Below are positions 12,301 to 20,910 of a DNA stretch of 64,000 nt, one piece after another. The DNA comes from Phycisphaerales bacterium (GTDB taxonomy: Bacteria; Planctomycetota; Phycisphaerae; Phycisphaerales; JAGLTS01). How positions within the stretch are numbered: the stretch's first letter is position 1; every line of letters starts with the position of its first letter. The position numbers were made by a program, and so were the translations under genes. The notes below the pieces were generated by a model. The model saw only the letters and a program-made list of their open reading frames with translations. It had not been told where the DNA came from and searched no databases. Where the stretch lies: positions 166 to 64,165 of the forward strand of contig JAGLTS010000060.1 of NCBI GenBank assembly GCA_023135165.1. Direction: 5' to 3'.

Positions 12301-12747
12301 GTTGCCCTGATACCCATCGCTGTCGTAGTGCGAGCTGTCGTACTCCTGCAGCGCGTTGTAGCTGCGACCAATCAACCACGGCACGTTCGCCGCGAATGCA
12401 AGATCCACATCCGTGAATGAGTACGCACCCATGTCAAGACGCAAGCCGCCCGCGTTCATCTTGCCGTTCCACGGCCACACACCGGGGTTGCCGGCAAGCG
12501 CCCACGGATGTGTTGCGCGGGCGCGCAGTGACCCGTCAAGACTGACACCACGTTGGCCGTGCGTCGCGCGAACATCCTGCACCGTCGTTGGAAGCGCGCA
12601 CAGGTTCTGCGTGAGCGTGTCGCTGTCGATCTCGAGGATCTGATCAGCACAAACATCACCGACCTGCGCCGCAAACATGCACGTTGCAGCGATCGCAACG
12701 ACTGCTGACCGACGCAACATGAGCGTACCGATTTCGCACCGGGTCAT
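6379..12747 (-). CDS. Large RHS/YD-repeat protein with signal peptide, dockerin-like insert and Cys-rich C-terminal tip
   Basis: Many YD repeats (YDDLGR, YDAVGNL, YDAFGR) and the core RDPLGYVDG..LYGY..DPYG. Hydrophobic N-terminus. ATG 12747 preceded by GGAGG. Confidence 0.93.
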   Translation of the reverse strand: MTRCEIGTLMLRRSAVVAIAATCMFAAQVGDVCADQILEIDSDTLTQNLCALPTTVQDVRATHGQRGVSLDGSLRARATHPWALAGNPGVWPWNGKMNAGGLRLDMGAYSFTDVDLAFAANVPWLIGRSYNALQEYDSSHYDSDGYQGNNWFQMSQPEIMLYEGDTDDEDVVYLIYGADRFIEFRRHDVNSVEFKAKNGAAGVMQYVAGSGNEPDTYTYTDPHGMVTVFFGFDGDANPAEGQIWKVTDAAGNTAYAGDEDTASTAISDGYDGSGRIDETYDSAGRRFSYTYTTLNGTDRLTEVKAEIDDGGWTEVGKVQYGYYGSGQPAGTTYGSTGDLATVTITIPLTDSGINDVRVQYYRYWSGTYNATTNPGHDHGLQYVVDFEGTRNFDWSDSTFDADYLTATEESLKPYSSAYFEYNSAHEVNEAYFNGACGCSGAGNGTFEYTYAANGSYSDGSGYDQTWAFRVITKRPDGAYETQYFDETHQPISHVLTDDDPANTDPAPDFWAMQVVRNSSGIITEIHTPANVTGYTHSSASFTASASVGLVRTFDLVSSGDMTGFITNHRHRTGTSGTSYYDIELAYTSASLTVGNVSITRAMVDERTVNANFISNPHAGQADFELTPTYNTGGTAVLTYKDVETENVAVSAAKNGSGSATTTTRYTRKDGTTAFVESTEGHHDYMQYDEGLPVKRIVDCQTNHGSDFASGDDPNTDFDIDESGDGERVIIEYAHDDQGRTTTTTLPDGTVTLSYYTALADRRLVVLRYPKYVSGTGTYYGPVSYTVTNHAGKVEASGIIAFSGGSTTTAITSHIDETDSDAVLAVNTGTLSRLATSSYNEAGTTLDASRTYFDTPSSLPGTDGTHYDQTTYGYDDSGRRWRVKTAVGTITRTVFDDISRPIETHIGTNDSSFDGGESSGTDDMVKVSAIEYDSGSDGGNSYITTRTRYVQDSDTDKRETTYTNNERGRAVLVTNEEPPHILTKYDNRGRVIAVGQYSSAGGLSASSDPTTVTTNRIGLVENDHDQLGRVWETTRHKIDDADGSDDDTLVTETWFDAAGRLIKQDGEQLVKYAYDRLGRRTHQFVLAVDNDSVYADADDVTGDIVLTEMQTTYESSDSSLVLMTARIDRLFDDKDGGETTGALDTNADGDVLQYTAANIEGRIQINAMWYDTLNRVTTVARYGTNHATDNVGTFDRDGLSAPSRSDTVLVATYAYNDDGTRLSVTDPMNIETRTTYDDVGRVTKVVANYTDGTPGGGTNDDEDQTIAYEYTDGLKTKVTADLPAGQTDQETTYTYGVTASDSPGPSEFAAGHLLRSVQYPDSGGGTDLVTFAYNALSQQIYAKDQAGNIIEMDYDDLGRIEHRRVTTLANGFDGAVRRITWDYTDRGQVETATQYDNATVGSGSVVDEVKYTFDDWGGVTNFQQDHNSTVATGGDYLYDVQWTYAKATAGRNTLRISTMTLPDGDVISYGYLSSSGLHDADASRVTSVVNGGTTLAWYRYNGVGHVVSTYYEEPDVKRYMHAGSSAFEAFDRFNRVIIDRWTKDLATDVDFCDRDISYDRNGNITVIDDNVHYGWDVEHSMDDLNRVIQAERGEWTGSSITRTTEDELWDLSQTGNWGIHQLDLNGDGDFTDANELDDDGTFNAANELTARDIDDDGNDDYTLVYDAVGNLTDDGENYEYEYDAFGRIVEITDQSQNTVAEYAYNGLGHRITVHYDTDGDSDVDANDATYHHVYDTRWRIVATFRNDDDDPKEQFTHHNAGLSGRGGSSYIDMIICRDKDANTDWDAEADGTLEERVYYFHNYRGDVAALLTDDGKMLEWVQYSSYGVPFGQPAGDIDSDGDCDASDAMAIAVIIMAEGYDVRADLDLDGDVDAADQSLLTGTFLGVTLGRGALSNPDVQNFFGYTGHRHDEAVDVILHARHRVLLTELGRWTRRDPLGYVDGMGLYGYVQGGPTTKVDPYGTEAGACTGECGVPFVKGSSTYGEVVFSVSGICSPAEWTYLDSLIDQMRARLITETVSVAIFTWAFNQCLEQANCVCPLNATNFTDPAVSDPCGTPFQWVVETVITLKVGEMCYGHYSMTSTLHIQLYCADCVVPKSDGAGQAPGAGSPPSPVDVKPLTGII

Positions 12748-13013
12748 GGCAACCTCCAGATCACTACGGGAACATCTCACCTTTGTCCGCAACGAGGCCC
12801 CGTCTGTACCGGCCCCACATCACCCACCAGGGTGTGCACCTCCAGCCTACACGCGAATCACGCTGCGTCTAATAACATCTGCATTTTTTCGCGCTGTTTC
12901 TTGGGTATTACTGGACACACACCAATCACGATGGATACTGAACCGCGCAACGCGATGAATGCATTGCTGAACGATTCACCTCTTTGGTTCACGTATCTCT
13001 GGAGGTCCATGCC

Positions 13014-13772
13014 ATGAGCGAGTTCATCTCAAAGCCGCGCAACGTCTTGCTCTCTCTTGTGTTGCTCTGCGCCGTCGTCATCACTGCAGCGCTCGTCACG
13101 CGCAACACGACACACGCACTGCTGCAAGACCCACCCGTCGACTCCCATGAGCTTGCCGCCGCGCTTGTTCGAGTCGGGTTCGATGTCGATGCGCTCGCCG
13201 CCGCCGGGCTTGACGGGCAGGATGTCGAAGATGTCGTCGATGCTGTGCGCGCTTACTTGACCCAGCACGATGGCGAGCTCGACGATGCCGATGACGCGTA
13301 TGCCCAGGCGCGCCGTGAAGCGGACATGCTCCGCAGGCTCATCCGAAGCGGATGCGCAACTGGCGAGCAGGTCAGTGCCTACGCGCAGGCCAAGGTCGAT
13401 CTGGACGATGCAGCGGCTGCACGCGATGATGTCCTCGATGCGATCTATGGCGTGGGGGTGGGCGTGGGGGTGGGGGCGCTGACTCAGACGCAGCAGAGCA
13501 TCCTCAGCACCATCCGCGCCAATGCCGCCTGGCGATCGCCGCACAACCTGCAGTTCCTCGCCGATGATTGGACGCAGCAGGAATGGGTCGATCTGCGCGA
13601 CGCACTGGCCAACGAACGCATCGCACAGAAGAACGGCGAATACGCCGATGCCGGCTGCCAGACGTTCCTTGCCGTCAAACGCGCCGATGCGGATGTCACC
13701 GCTGCTCGCACCAACCATGCGGCCTACATCAGTACCGTCGACTCGGCCTGGAATGATGCGATCGATGGGTAA
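13014..13772 (+). CDS. Exported helical hypothetical protein, divergent from the RHS gene
   Basis: GGAGG RBS, N-terminal hydrophobic segment, Ala/Asp-rich helices and host-like codon usage. Confidence 0.75.
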   Translation: MSEFISKPRNVLLSLVLLCAVVITAALVTRNTTHALLQDPPVDSHELAAALVRVGFDVDALAAAGLDGQDVEDVVDAVRAYLTQHDGELDDADDAYAQARREADMLRRLIRSGCATGEQVSAYAQAKVDLDDAAAARDDVLDAIYGVGVGVGVGALTQTQQSILSTIRANAAWRSPHNLQFLADDWTQQEWVDLRDALANERIAQKNGEYADAGCQTFLAVKRADADVTAARTNHAAYISTVDSAWNDAIDG

Positions 13773-14184
13773 GAGGCGATCCCTGGCCATCGCCGATTGG
13801 GTCTTTTTCTCAGTTTCTGTGCAAATGCGGCTCTGGGCGGCGTAGTAGTGATAGGGAGGGTGTGCCTTCTGTCAGTGCATCGATCTCCACGCATGCCCAT
13901 CGCCCGCCAAGAGAGGCGCTTGTTTGAGAGTGGTGATGAACGCCAGTACTTCAGTGTCGACAGTCCAACAACCCGTCGCGTTTGCGGCCTCAACACCCAA
14001 CAAAAGGCGAAGAAAGCCAAATGACCGACTTCATGGCCAACCCGGCTGCGGCTATCGTCTGACCCAGGTGGGCTCCAATTGCGCGCCGGGGTGGGTCCCT
14101 CTTACACGCCGATTACCACCCTGTGATGCCCTAGCTTCCCGTCCCAGCAAGGGTAGGGCCGGGAAGCCACGCCCTTGGGCTCGC

Positions 14185-14330
14185 CCAACAAGACCCGGCC
14201 GGTGGTCAGCGTGGACACCAGCCAGCGGCTCCAGCACACGATCGCGTTCGCCGACGCGCAAGGCTAAGCCAGCCAGCGTGATGGGGACCGAAACCTGGGT
14301 CAAGGTCGGCGACCCGCCCCAGCGAGTTAG
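14185..14330 (+). pseudogene. Fragment of a hypothetical gene
   Basis: RPVVSVDTSQRLQHTIAFADA and KAKPASVMGTETWVKVGDPP occur in different frames. Resembles a hypothetical family I recall from planctomycetes (unverified). Confidence 0.35.
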
Positions 14331-14532
14331 GCTTTCTGTTAGTTGACGTTTGCACGCTGTATGTGGTAGACTGCCTTGGCGTAGTTGGCGGCAAGACCGC
14401 CAACTACATGCTCGCTGGGTCGCCACGACCGGCGAAAAGGGGCCGTGGAGCGAAACAGCGAGCGCGACGATTGGACCTTGGTTATTCACGCCGCAAGTGA
14501 CGCGGCACAACCATCCAACTCTGAGGTGAAGC

Positions 14533-14925
14533 ATGGCCAAGAACAACCGGATTTTCATCAGCTTCGCGATCGAAGACAAAGACTCTCGGAACCTCCTGGT
14601 AGGGCAGGCCAAGAACGACAAGAGCCCCTTCTCGTTCGTTGACATGTCCGTCAAGGAGCCGTGGGACGAGAAGTGGAAGACGAACTGCCGAACGAAGATC
14701 AAGGGATGTGACGGAATGATCGCGCTGGTCAGCACGAAGACGACCAATGCTGATGGCGCCCTGTGGGAAGTAAAATGCGGCAAAGAGGAATTGGGGGCGT
14801 CGCGAATTCGAGGGATCTACGTTGACTCGAAGAACAAGCCCGCGAGTCTACCACCTGAGTTTGCAGGCATACGCGTGGTTGAGTGGTCGTGGGCCAATAT
14901 CAAGAGCTTCCTTGATTCGCTCTAA
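14533..14925 (+). CDS. TIR-domain protein (ThsB/MTH538-like)
   Basis: RIFISFAIED, IKGCDGMIALVS and WEV with the catalytic Glu. GAGGTG RBS. Confidence 0.85.
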   Translation: MAKNNRIFISFAIEDKDSRNLLVGQAKNDKSPFSFVDMSVKEPWDEKWKTNCRTKIKGCDGMIALVSTKTTNADGALWEVKCGKEELGASRIRGIYVDSKNKPASLPPEFAGIRVVEWSWANIKSFLDSL

Positions 14926-15029
14926 CCGGAAGCGACTGTCTTCAATGACGCCTAGGCCACCAGGTGGTGCCGCGCAACCGGCTAATAGCATGGCTGCGCA
15001 AGTAACTGCGCTATGGCGGAGGAACGGTA

Positions 15030-16004
15030 ATGCGAAAGGCCCTTGTCGTAGGCATCAATTACTATGAGCACGGCTCCTCTTTGTTTGGGTGCGTGGACGA
15101 TGCCAGTTCGGTACAGAGCGTCCTTGAAAGAAACAGCGACGGCACGGTGAACTTCGACGTCAAGTTGCTGACTGCCGCCAGTCCCACAAGTACTGTGTCC
15201 AAGTCGGACTTGAAAGGATTGATTGAGGACTTATTCGCAGACGACAGTGAGGTCGCCCTCTTCTACTTCGCAGGACACGGACACATCGAGGTGACGGGTG
15301 GCTACCTTCTGACGAGCGACTCCAAAACCGGCGATGAGGGCATGCCGCTGGCCGATGTGCTCCTTTTTGCCCACAACTCCAAGGCCAAGAATAAGATCAT
15401 CGTGCTCGATAGCTGTCATTCAGGCATTGCGGGCAACCCGCCGTCCGCTGCGCAGGAAGCTCACTTATCAGAAGGCATCACAATTCTCACCGCGTCCACC
15501 AAGGACCAGTATGCGACTGAGCAGGACGGCTGTGGTGTTTTCACAACGCTCTTCGTCGACGCCCTCAACGGCCCCGCGGCCAACCTCGTCGGAGACGTCA
15601 CACTTGGTGGGGTCTACGCGCACATCGACCAGTCTCTCGGCCCGTGGGAACAGCGCCCAGTCTTCAAGACGAACGTAAAGAACTTCGTATCGCTGCGCAA
15701 GGTCCAACCTGCCATCTTGTTGGCGGAGCTTCAACGCATCACCGAGTTCTTCCCATCTCCTGGGTTCCAGTTCAAGCTTGACCCATCTTTCGAGCCAGAG
15801 CTCAAGGGGCGTGACCCCGGCATGCCACCACCCGACCCCGAGAAGACGCTCAAGTTTGCCGTGCTCCAAAAGTACAACCGCGTGAACCTTGTGGTTCCGG
15901 TGGATGCGCTGCACATGTGGCATGCTGCGATGGCGAGCAAATCGTGCGAGCTCACGGTGCTCGGCGAGCACTACCGGCGACTGGTCGAGCGAGGACGGGT
16001 TTAG
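15030..16004 (+). CDS. Caspase-like (peptidase C14) protease; effector of a TIR-caspase (type IV Thoeris-like) system
   Basis: [11 protein letters not shown], catalytic His in FYFAGHG and catalytic Cys in VLDSCHSG. Follows the TIR gene. Confidence 0.9.
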   Translation: MRKALVVGINYYEHGSSLFGCVDDASSVQSVLERNSDGTVNFDVKLLTAASPTSTVSKSDLKGLIEDLFADDSEVALFYFAGHGHIEVTGGYLLTSDSKTGDEGMPLADVLLFAHNSKAKNKIIVLDSCHSGIAGNPPSAAQEAHLSEGITILTASTKDQYATEQDGCGVFTTLFVDALNGPAANLVGDVTLGGVYAHIDQSLGPWEQRPVFKTNVKNFVSLRKVQPAILLAELQRITEFFPSPGFQFKLDPSFEPELKGRDPGMPPPDPEKTLKFAVLQKYNRVNLVVPVDALHMWHAAMASKSCELTVLGEHYRRLVERGRV

Positions 16005-16049
16005 CCGGCATACTGCATGAGTGGTTGTCGAGCGGTCATTGATTCTGCG

Positions 16050-16160
16050 CCGGTCATGGCGGCTGCTGAGAACCTCGCCCTCCGCCACCAACTCGCTGTG
16101 CTCCGGCGATCAAGTAGGCGTCCACGGCTGCGGCAGTGCGATTGGCTCCTTGTTGCCATC
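16050..16160 (+). pseudogene. Integrase-core IS transposase N-terminal remnant
   Basis: AAENLALRHQLAVLRRSSRRPRLRQCD. Confidence 0.6.
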
Positions 16161-16374
16161 ACGCAGCGCGCTGATCTTCCCCTCCGACGTCGCATGTGCC
16201 GTCGTCGTATCCGACAGCGGCCCACGCTGCAGCGGCCCGTCCGATGCGGCATCGACTGAAAGCTCGCGCAAGCATCTGCGGTCGCAGGTGTGCGATCTCT
16301 GCACCGTCAGTGCAATCTCGCCCGTCACTGACTGCCAGCGCAGCATTTATATAGCTGCGGCGCCTCCAAGGGCG

Positions 16375-16629
16375 ATGAGAATACTGCGAACAGACATCGA
16401 GGGTGATTGCGAGGGACATTATGCGACAATAGCGAGAAGGACCGGAAGCGAGTACATTGACGTGCACGTCCTCACGCCGACGCTCGACAGAGAGCATCAA
16501 GTTCAGGCAGATGATCGGGATGATCGGTGGAGCATGGCCGAGTGCTTGCAGGAGACACTCGATGGAACGCGGGGGACAAACAGCATGATTCATGAGTACT
16601 TCCGAGAGATTGAGCGTCTTGCGTGGTGA
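16375..16629 (+). CDS. Small acidic hypothetical protein (84 aa)
   Basis: MRILRTDIEG..IERLAW; protein-like composition; upstream of the integrase. Confidence 0.5.
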   Translation: MRILRTDIEGDCEGHYATIARRTGSEYIDVHVLTPTLDREHQVQADDRDDRWSMAECLQETLDGTRGTNSMIHEYFREIERLAW

Positions 16630-16820
16630 CTGTACGTCTGACGCCGCGAAACGAACCGAGAAGCCAACATCGACGACGTGCCTATTAAGACGAGCGGTCT
16701 ACGGGGCCAGTCATCAAATCTGACTGCTGGGCAAACAGTATGTCTGTCACGCCCGCACAGATAGGTTCATGACAAGGGCAGTGGAAAGTACATAAACCTT
16801 TCGGACAGATCAAAGGAACA

Positions 16821-18005
16821 ATGGTAGAGGAAGAAGAGTACATTGACATCAAGAACAACAAGAGGAATCTGGAGCTGACGCTAGCGAGGCTGCGAGCTGA
16901 TGGGCGAATCAGCGAAACGAACAAGGAGATCATCCAGCAGTTCTTGAGGGACGCGGCGCTGGGAAAGACAGTCATCGGACGACGCAAGAAGAAGATCTCA
17001 GATGCGACGCTCATCACCTACATCCTACATCTCTACCCAGTGATGCTCTTTCTCCGCAAGGACCTAGACAAGATCGGCCAGGATGAGCTTGAGCGGTTCG
17101 TCGAGGCTCTGGAGGGTGGTGCCGTTCGATCGAGGTCACCGCGCTTGTCGGGGTCGAGGGTGGCGAGCAGTGGGGCACCGTTGAGCGAGCGATACCAAGT
17201 CAATGTGAAGAAGACGATCAAGAAGTTCTACAAGTGGCTCCTCGGTAGCCCGAAAGAGTACCCGCCCTTGGTGAGCTGGATCGATACCTACGTGCAGGAT
17301 AAGGAGGTGGCGGCCCTCTCCGAGCAGGAGATTGGGCGGATGCTGGACAGGGCAAAGACAGTCCTGCAGCGGGCGTTGATCCAGGTGCTGTTTGATGGCG
17401 GGTTCCGGATCGGTGAACTGCTCAACATCCGCCTGAAGCATGTGCGGCTGGCTCGCTTCGATCCGCGCGAGCCGGAGAAGAAGTGCTTCGTGGTCAGGGT
17501 GCCCTTCTCCAAGACCATGCCGCGCACAGTGGCATTGCCCATGCCCGCGTCCACCAAATGGCTCACGCTCTGGCTTGAGGATCACCCAGCCAGAGCCGAA
17601 ATCGCCGATGACGGATCAGTTCAGGCGAGGAACATCGATGCCCAGCTCTTCCCAACGACTGCTAACGCAGTGAGGCTCGTCGTCGGACGATTGGGCCGTA
17701 GCGTTCTAAACCAGCGTGTCTACCCACACCTCATCCGACACTCCTCCGCTACCTTCTGGGCCAATCGGCTGCCTTACTTCAAGATCTGCAAGCGCTTCGG
17801 CTGGACGATGACCAGTCAGATGCCGCAGAGGTACATCGATCGTGCTGGCATTGATGAGCTGTCAGTTGCCCGGATCTACAGCGAAGGCCAGCCACAGACA
17901 CTGCCAGGGGCAGGGTCGGAATCGAGAGGTGATGCAGACCTGTATCAGAGAGGTGCAGCGGCCGGGCGATGCGGCGATAGACGGATAGCCGCAGACGTGG
18001 CCTAA
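16821..18005 (+). CDS. Tyrosine recombinase/integrase
   Basis: Complete catalytic set: GFRIGE (R), SKT (K), HLIRH (HxxR), GW and QRY (Y). Has an N-terminal core-binding region. Confidence 0.9.
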   Translation: MVEEEEYIDIKNNKRNLELTLARLRADGRISETNKEIIQQFLRDAALGKTVIGRRKKKISDATLITYILHLYPVMLFLRKDLDKIGQDELERFVEALEGGAVRSRSPRLSGSRVASSGAPLSERYQVNVKKTIKKFYKWLLGSPKEYPPLVSWIDTYVQDKEVAALSEQEIGRMLDRAKTVLQRALIQVLFDGGFRIGELLNIRLKHVRLARFDPREPEKKCFVVRVPFSKTMPRTVALPMPASTKWLTLWLEDHPARAEIADDGSVQARNIDAQLFPTTANAVRLVVGRLGRSVLNQRVYPHLIRHSSATFWANRLPYFKICKRFGWTMTSQMPQRYIDRAGIDELSVARIYSEGQPQTLPGAGSESRGDADLYQRGAAAGRCGDRRIAADVA

Positions 18006-18628
18006 TCTCACGGAGGTCGCCCACCTGCTCGGTGTGAGAAAACCCCGCCAGCGCATCTCGGGGACGTGCCGGCAGGGCTCGTGGGGGTCTCTAGAAGCGC
18101 GTACGCTACGGACGTTAGTTTGTCCCCGGACTTCCCAAGTGTCAAGAGACAATGTGCTGAATTCGGTCAGATAGCCGGGCTGATCGCTGGCGACACCCTT
18201 CTCTCGTCGCCGGCTCACAGAGCGACGGTCCCCTACCAGGGGAGGAGGTGCCGAGATCCTGGAGGGAATCCTGTTCCTACCGCGTATGGTTTCTGGGCGC
18301 GATGTGATTACCGAGCGGGACATCCGTCCAATCGTGGCTGAATTGGACTGGAACAAGCAGCGTAAGGCTTGGTGTGCTCTCTGCGACGGGGGCAGGCCAC
18401 AGGCTCTCTCCGCAGCCTTCTCGGCCACGCTCCACTTGAGCGGCCCCGATCCTTAACGTGTGGGACGTTTGTGCCTGCATCTGCCGCTCCCAGATGGTAA
18501 CATGCGTCTATACGCCTCGATAGACGCGCGGACTTTCCCATGCAGGCCACATGATGACTCACGTGCCAGCTGCCGAGGCCATCGTTCTTCAGGAATTCGC
18601 CAATGGCATTCGACCAGAGAGTGACAGT

Positions 18629-19273
18629 ATGAACGACGACGTATGGTATGCCTGCTACGGTTCCAATCTGCGGCGCAGCCGCTTTATGTGCTACATCTTG
18701 GGCGGCACTCCGAAGGGGGCATCGGCAGCAAACCCCGGCGCTCGCAACACGACGCCGCCCAGCGACGCCAGGCCATTTCGATTGCCACACCGTCTCTACT
18801 TTGCTGAACGATCAGCCCGATGGCAACACTTGGGGATAGCGTTTCTCGAGACGAGTCGGTCAGCTAGATACAGCGCGCTCAGCCGAATATACCGCCTAAC
18901 GCGCAAACAATTTTTAGACGTCTTTGCCCAAGAGAACAGGCTGCCACTCGGTGAAGCCTCTATCGACTTTGCTGAGCTGCACCGCCGCGGATCATTGGTC
19001 GTATCAGAAAGCCTCTACGGGAACTGTCTGTATGTTGCGGATGTCGACGGGCTGCCCGTATACAGCTTTACGCGTCAAGCCGACGTGGCACCAAGCGCGC
19101 GCGTGCCGCCGGGAGAGGCCTACCTAAAGACGATAATCATGGGAGTACTGGAGACGTTTCCCGGACTAGATGCCATGCGCGACCTCGTTCCGTACCTTAC
19201 CCAAGCAACATCGGGCGAGATCAGCCAACCACTGCTGCGCAAATGGACGGTTGCCTGCATGCGGCAAGCCTAG
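18629..19273 (+). CDS. Gamma-glutamylcyclotransferase-like fold protein
   Basis: VWYACYGSNL N-terminal signature and P..AYLKTI near the C-terminus. Confidence 0.7.
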   Translation: MNDDVWYACYGSNLRRSRFMCYILGGTPKGASAANPGARNTTPPSDARPFRLPHRLYFAERSARWQHLGIAFLETSRSARYSALSRIYRLTRKQFLDVFAQENRLPLGEASIDFAELHRRGSLVVSESLYGNCLYVADVDGLPVYSFTRQADVAPSARVPPGEAYLKTIIMGVLETFPGLDAMRDLVPYLTQATSGEISQPLLRKWTVACMRQA

Positions 19274-19349
19274 CATTCGTCAACGACCTCCAAACAAGCC
19301 CGCCTCCGGGCACGACCCGGCTCGCTCGCAATCTTCTTGCCAGGTACTG

Positions 19350-20621
19350 CTAGTCCCATTTCCACTTAATGTATAGCGCTGCCCCTCTCTCTGGATGGAG
19401 GCACTGCGCGTAGTAGCATCGGTCACTTGCTCGTTTCAACGGCATCGTCTGTGACTCATCGTTCGAGCGTAGCTCTGCAACTACGTCAGTCGGTACTACA
19501 TCCAGCCTGCTGAAGTCGACCTTTAACATGAGGTCCTCAACTGGCTGGCTTGCCCGTATTCCACACTCGCGATTATCATCGCTATCGCTTATTTGAAAAC
19601 CATTAAGATACGTTAGCGTTCGCTCGACCAACACGGGCAGTGGAGCATCGCTCCGCACGGCTATTTCATAGTCGAGTGCACCTCCACCAGACGTTTTGTA
19701 ATACTTCTGAGCACTCGACGGAACGCTGCACCTGTACTTGTCAGTTTCCATCTCGTGTAGCACAATCACACCAGTCGACCGTGCGGTAAACGTCGCCTTC
19801 TGCAATTTTTGCGCGAGGATATAGTCAACATACACGGCTTCATCAAAGACATCAATCGTCTTGTCGAGCGAGTGTATGTGTCTTTTGGCTGCGGGAGTTG
19901 CGCCCTCCTCCTTGCATCGCCACGTAAGGAAGGTCACTGTTCGATGCAGTTGTCGCAGCCAGACCGGTTCACTGAGCGAACGCGATACACCCTCAAGGTA
20001 GTTGCCAACCCACTCCTGGACTTGTCGTAGTACGGTTGACTGATGTGCATCGAGTTCACTAGTGTCGATCAGCAGATCGAGCAGTGAAGCATATTGGCAG
20101 TCTGCCTGATATAATTGAGACATGGCCCGCTCGAGAGCACTCGGCGTGAGCATGCCACACTTCACTGCCAATTGGCCAACTTCTAGATCACGTGGCGCAT
20201 CCTTGCTAGGCTGGGACTTCTTGTCGTTGAGCGTATCGATGACGCCCTGAAGCGCATCTGCGAGTGGACTTTTTATGTCTGTCGGGTTATCGTATTTGAG
20301 CTGCATCCAGTGCACAAGATCGAATGGAATTGCGGCACCACGGCGAGCAAGAAGAATGACTGGCTTGCGATTTGCGTGCGCGAGGCCCAGTTCGTAGTAG
20401 ACGTTGGCATTTCCATCCGAGATGTCGGCAACTAGGACGGCGGCCGATGAAAGCAATTGCTGAATTCGAGTCGGCACGGTCTCCGGTGAGTAGTGCTCAT
20501 CGGATCGTTCGGTTGCAAAGCCTGCGAACTCACCCGCGAGCTTGATCATCTGATAAACGTCGTCATATGCCTCAGCAAACGGCATAATGACAAAACAGAG
20601 CGGTTCACTCCGAGGTGCCAT
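19350..20621 (-). CDS. Nucleoside 2-deoxyribosyltransferase/TIR-like N-terminal domain fused to an unknown C-terminal domain
   Basis: CFVIMPF, ADISDGNANVYYELGLAHA and IPFD motifs. Confidence 0.8.
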   Translation of the reverse strand: MAPRSEPLCFVIMPFAEAYDDVYQMIKLAGEFAGFATERSDEHYSPETVPTRIQQLLSSAAVLVADISDGNANVYYELGLAHANRKPVILLARRGAAIPFDLVHWMQLKYDNPTDIKSPLADALQGVIDTLNDKKSQPSKDAPRDLEVGQLAVKCGMLTPSALERAMSQLYQADCQYASLLDLLIDTSELDAHQSTVLRQVQEWVGNYLEGVSRSLSEPVWLRQLHRTVTFLTWRCKEEGATPAAKRHIHSLDKTIDVFDEAVYVDYILAQKLQKATFTARSTGVIVLHEMETDKYRCSVPSSAQKYYKTSGGGALDYEIAVRSDAPLPVLVERTLTYLNGFQISDSDDNRECGIRASQPVEDLMLKVDFSRLDVVPTDVVAELRSNDESQTMPLKRASDRCYYAQCLHPERGAALYIKWKWD

Positions 20622-20907
20622 AGGGCAACCCTCCCTCTATGTCAAAACGCGATGTCTCCGCCAACTGGTGGTGTATTCGCAGCACACTGCGTGCAGAGTA
20701 CCTGTCGGGGCGACTGCAATCACTGTCTTGCTCGGCTAACAGCGTCGCGACGGCAGACCAAGAGTGCGTGGCCGTTAAGTGGCGTGGTCGACGATAGCCT
20801 CGATCGGGTGTCAAGGAGCGGTGGTGATGGCCGAGCAAGGCGGCCAAAGGTCGTGTAGGCCACGGCAGGTTGCGCAAAACGTCATCGTACGACCGCAGGT
20901 GGCTCAT
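20605..20907 (-). CDS. Hypothetical protein (100 aa), possibly translationally coupled
   Basis: ATG lies 3 nt after the radical SAM stop and the end overlaps the next gene's start. No recognisable motif. Confidence 0.35.
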   Translation of the reverse strand: MSHLRSYDDVLRNLPWPTRPLAALLGHHHRSLTPDRGYRRPRHLTATHSWSAVATLLAEQDSDCSRPDRYSARSVLRIHHQLAETSRFDIEGGLPYGTSE

Positions 20908-20910
20908 CCT

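Noticed and set aside
7477..12420. Long plus-strand ORFs (553, 463 and 383 aa)
   Set aside because: Antisense shadows of the high-GC3 RHS gene. The same applies to 54974-56773, 59997-61061 and 61237-62451.
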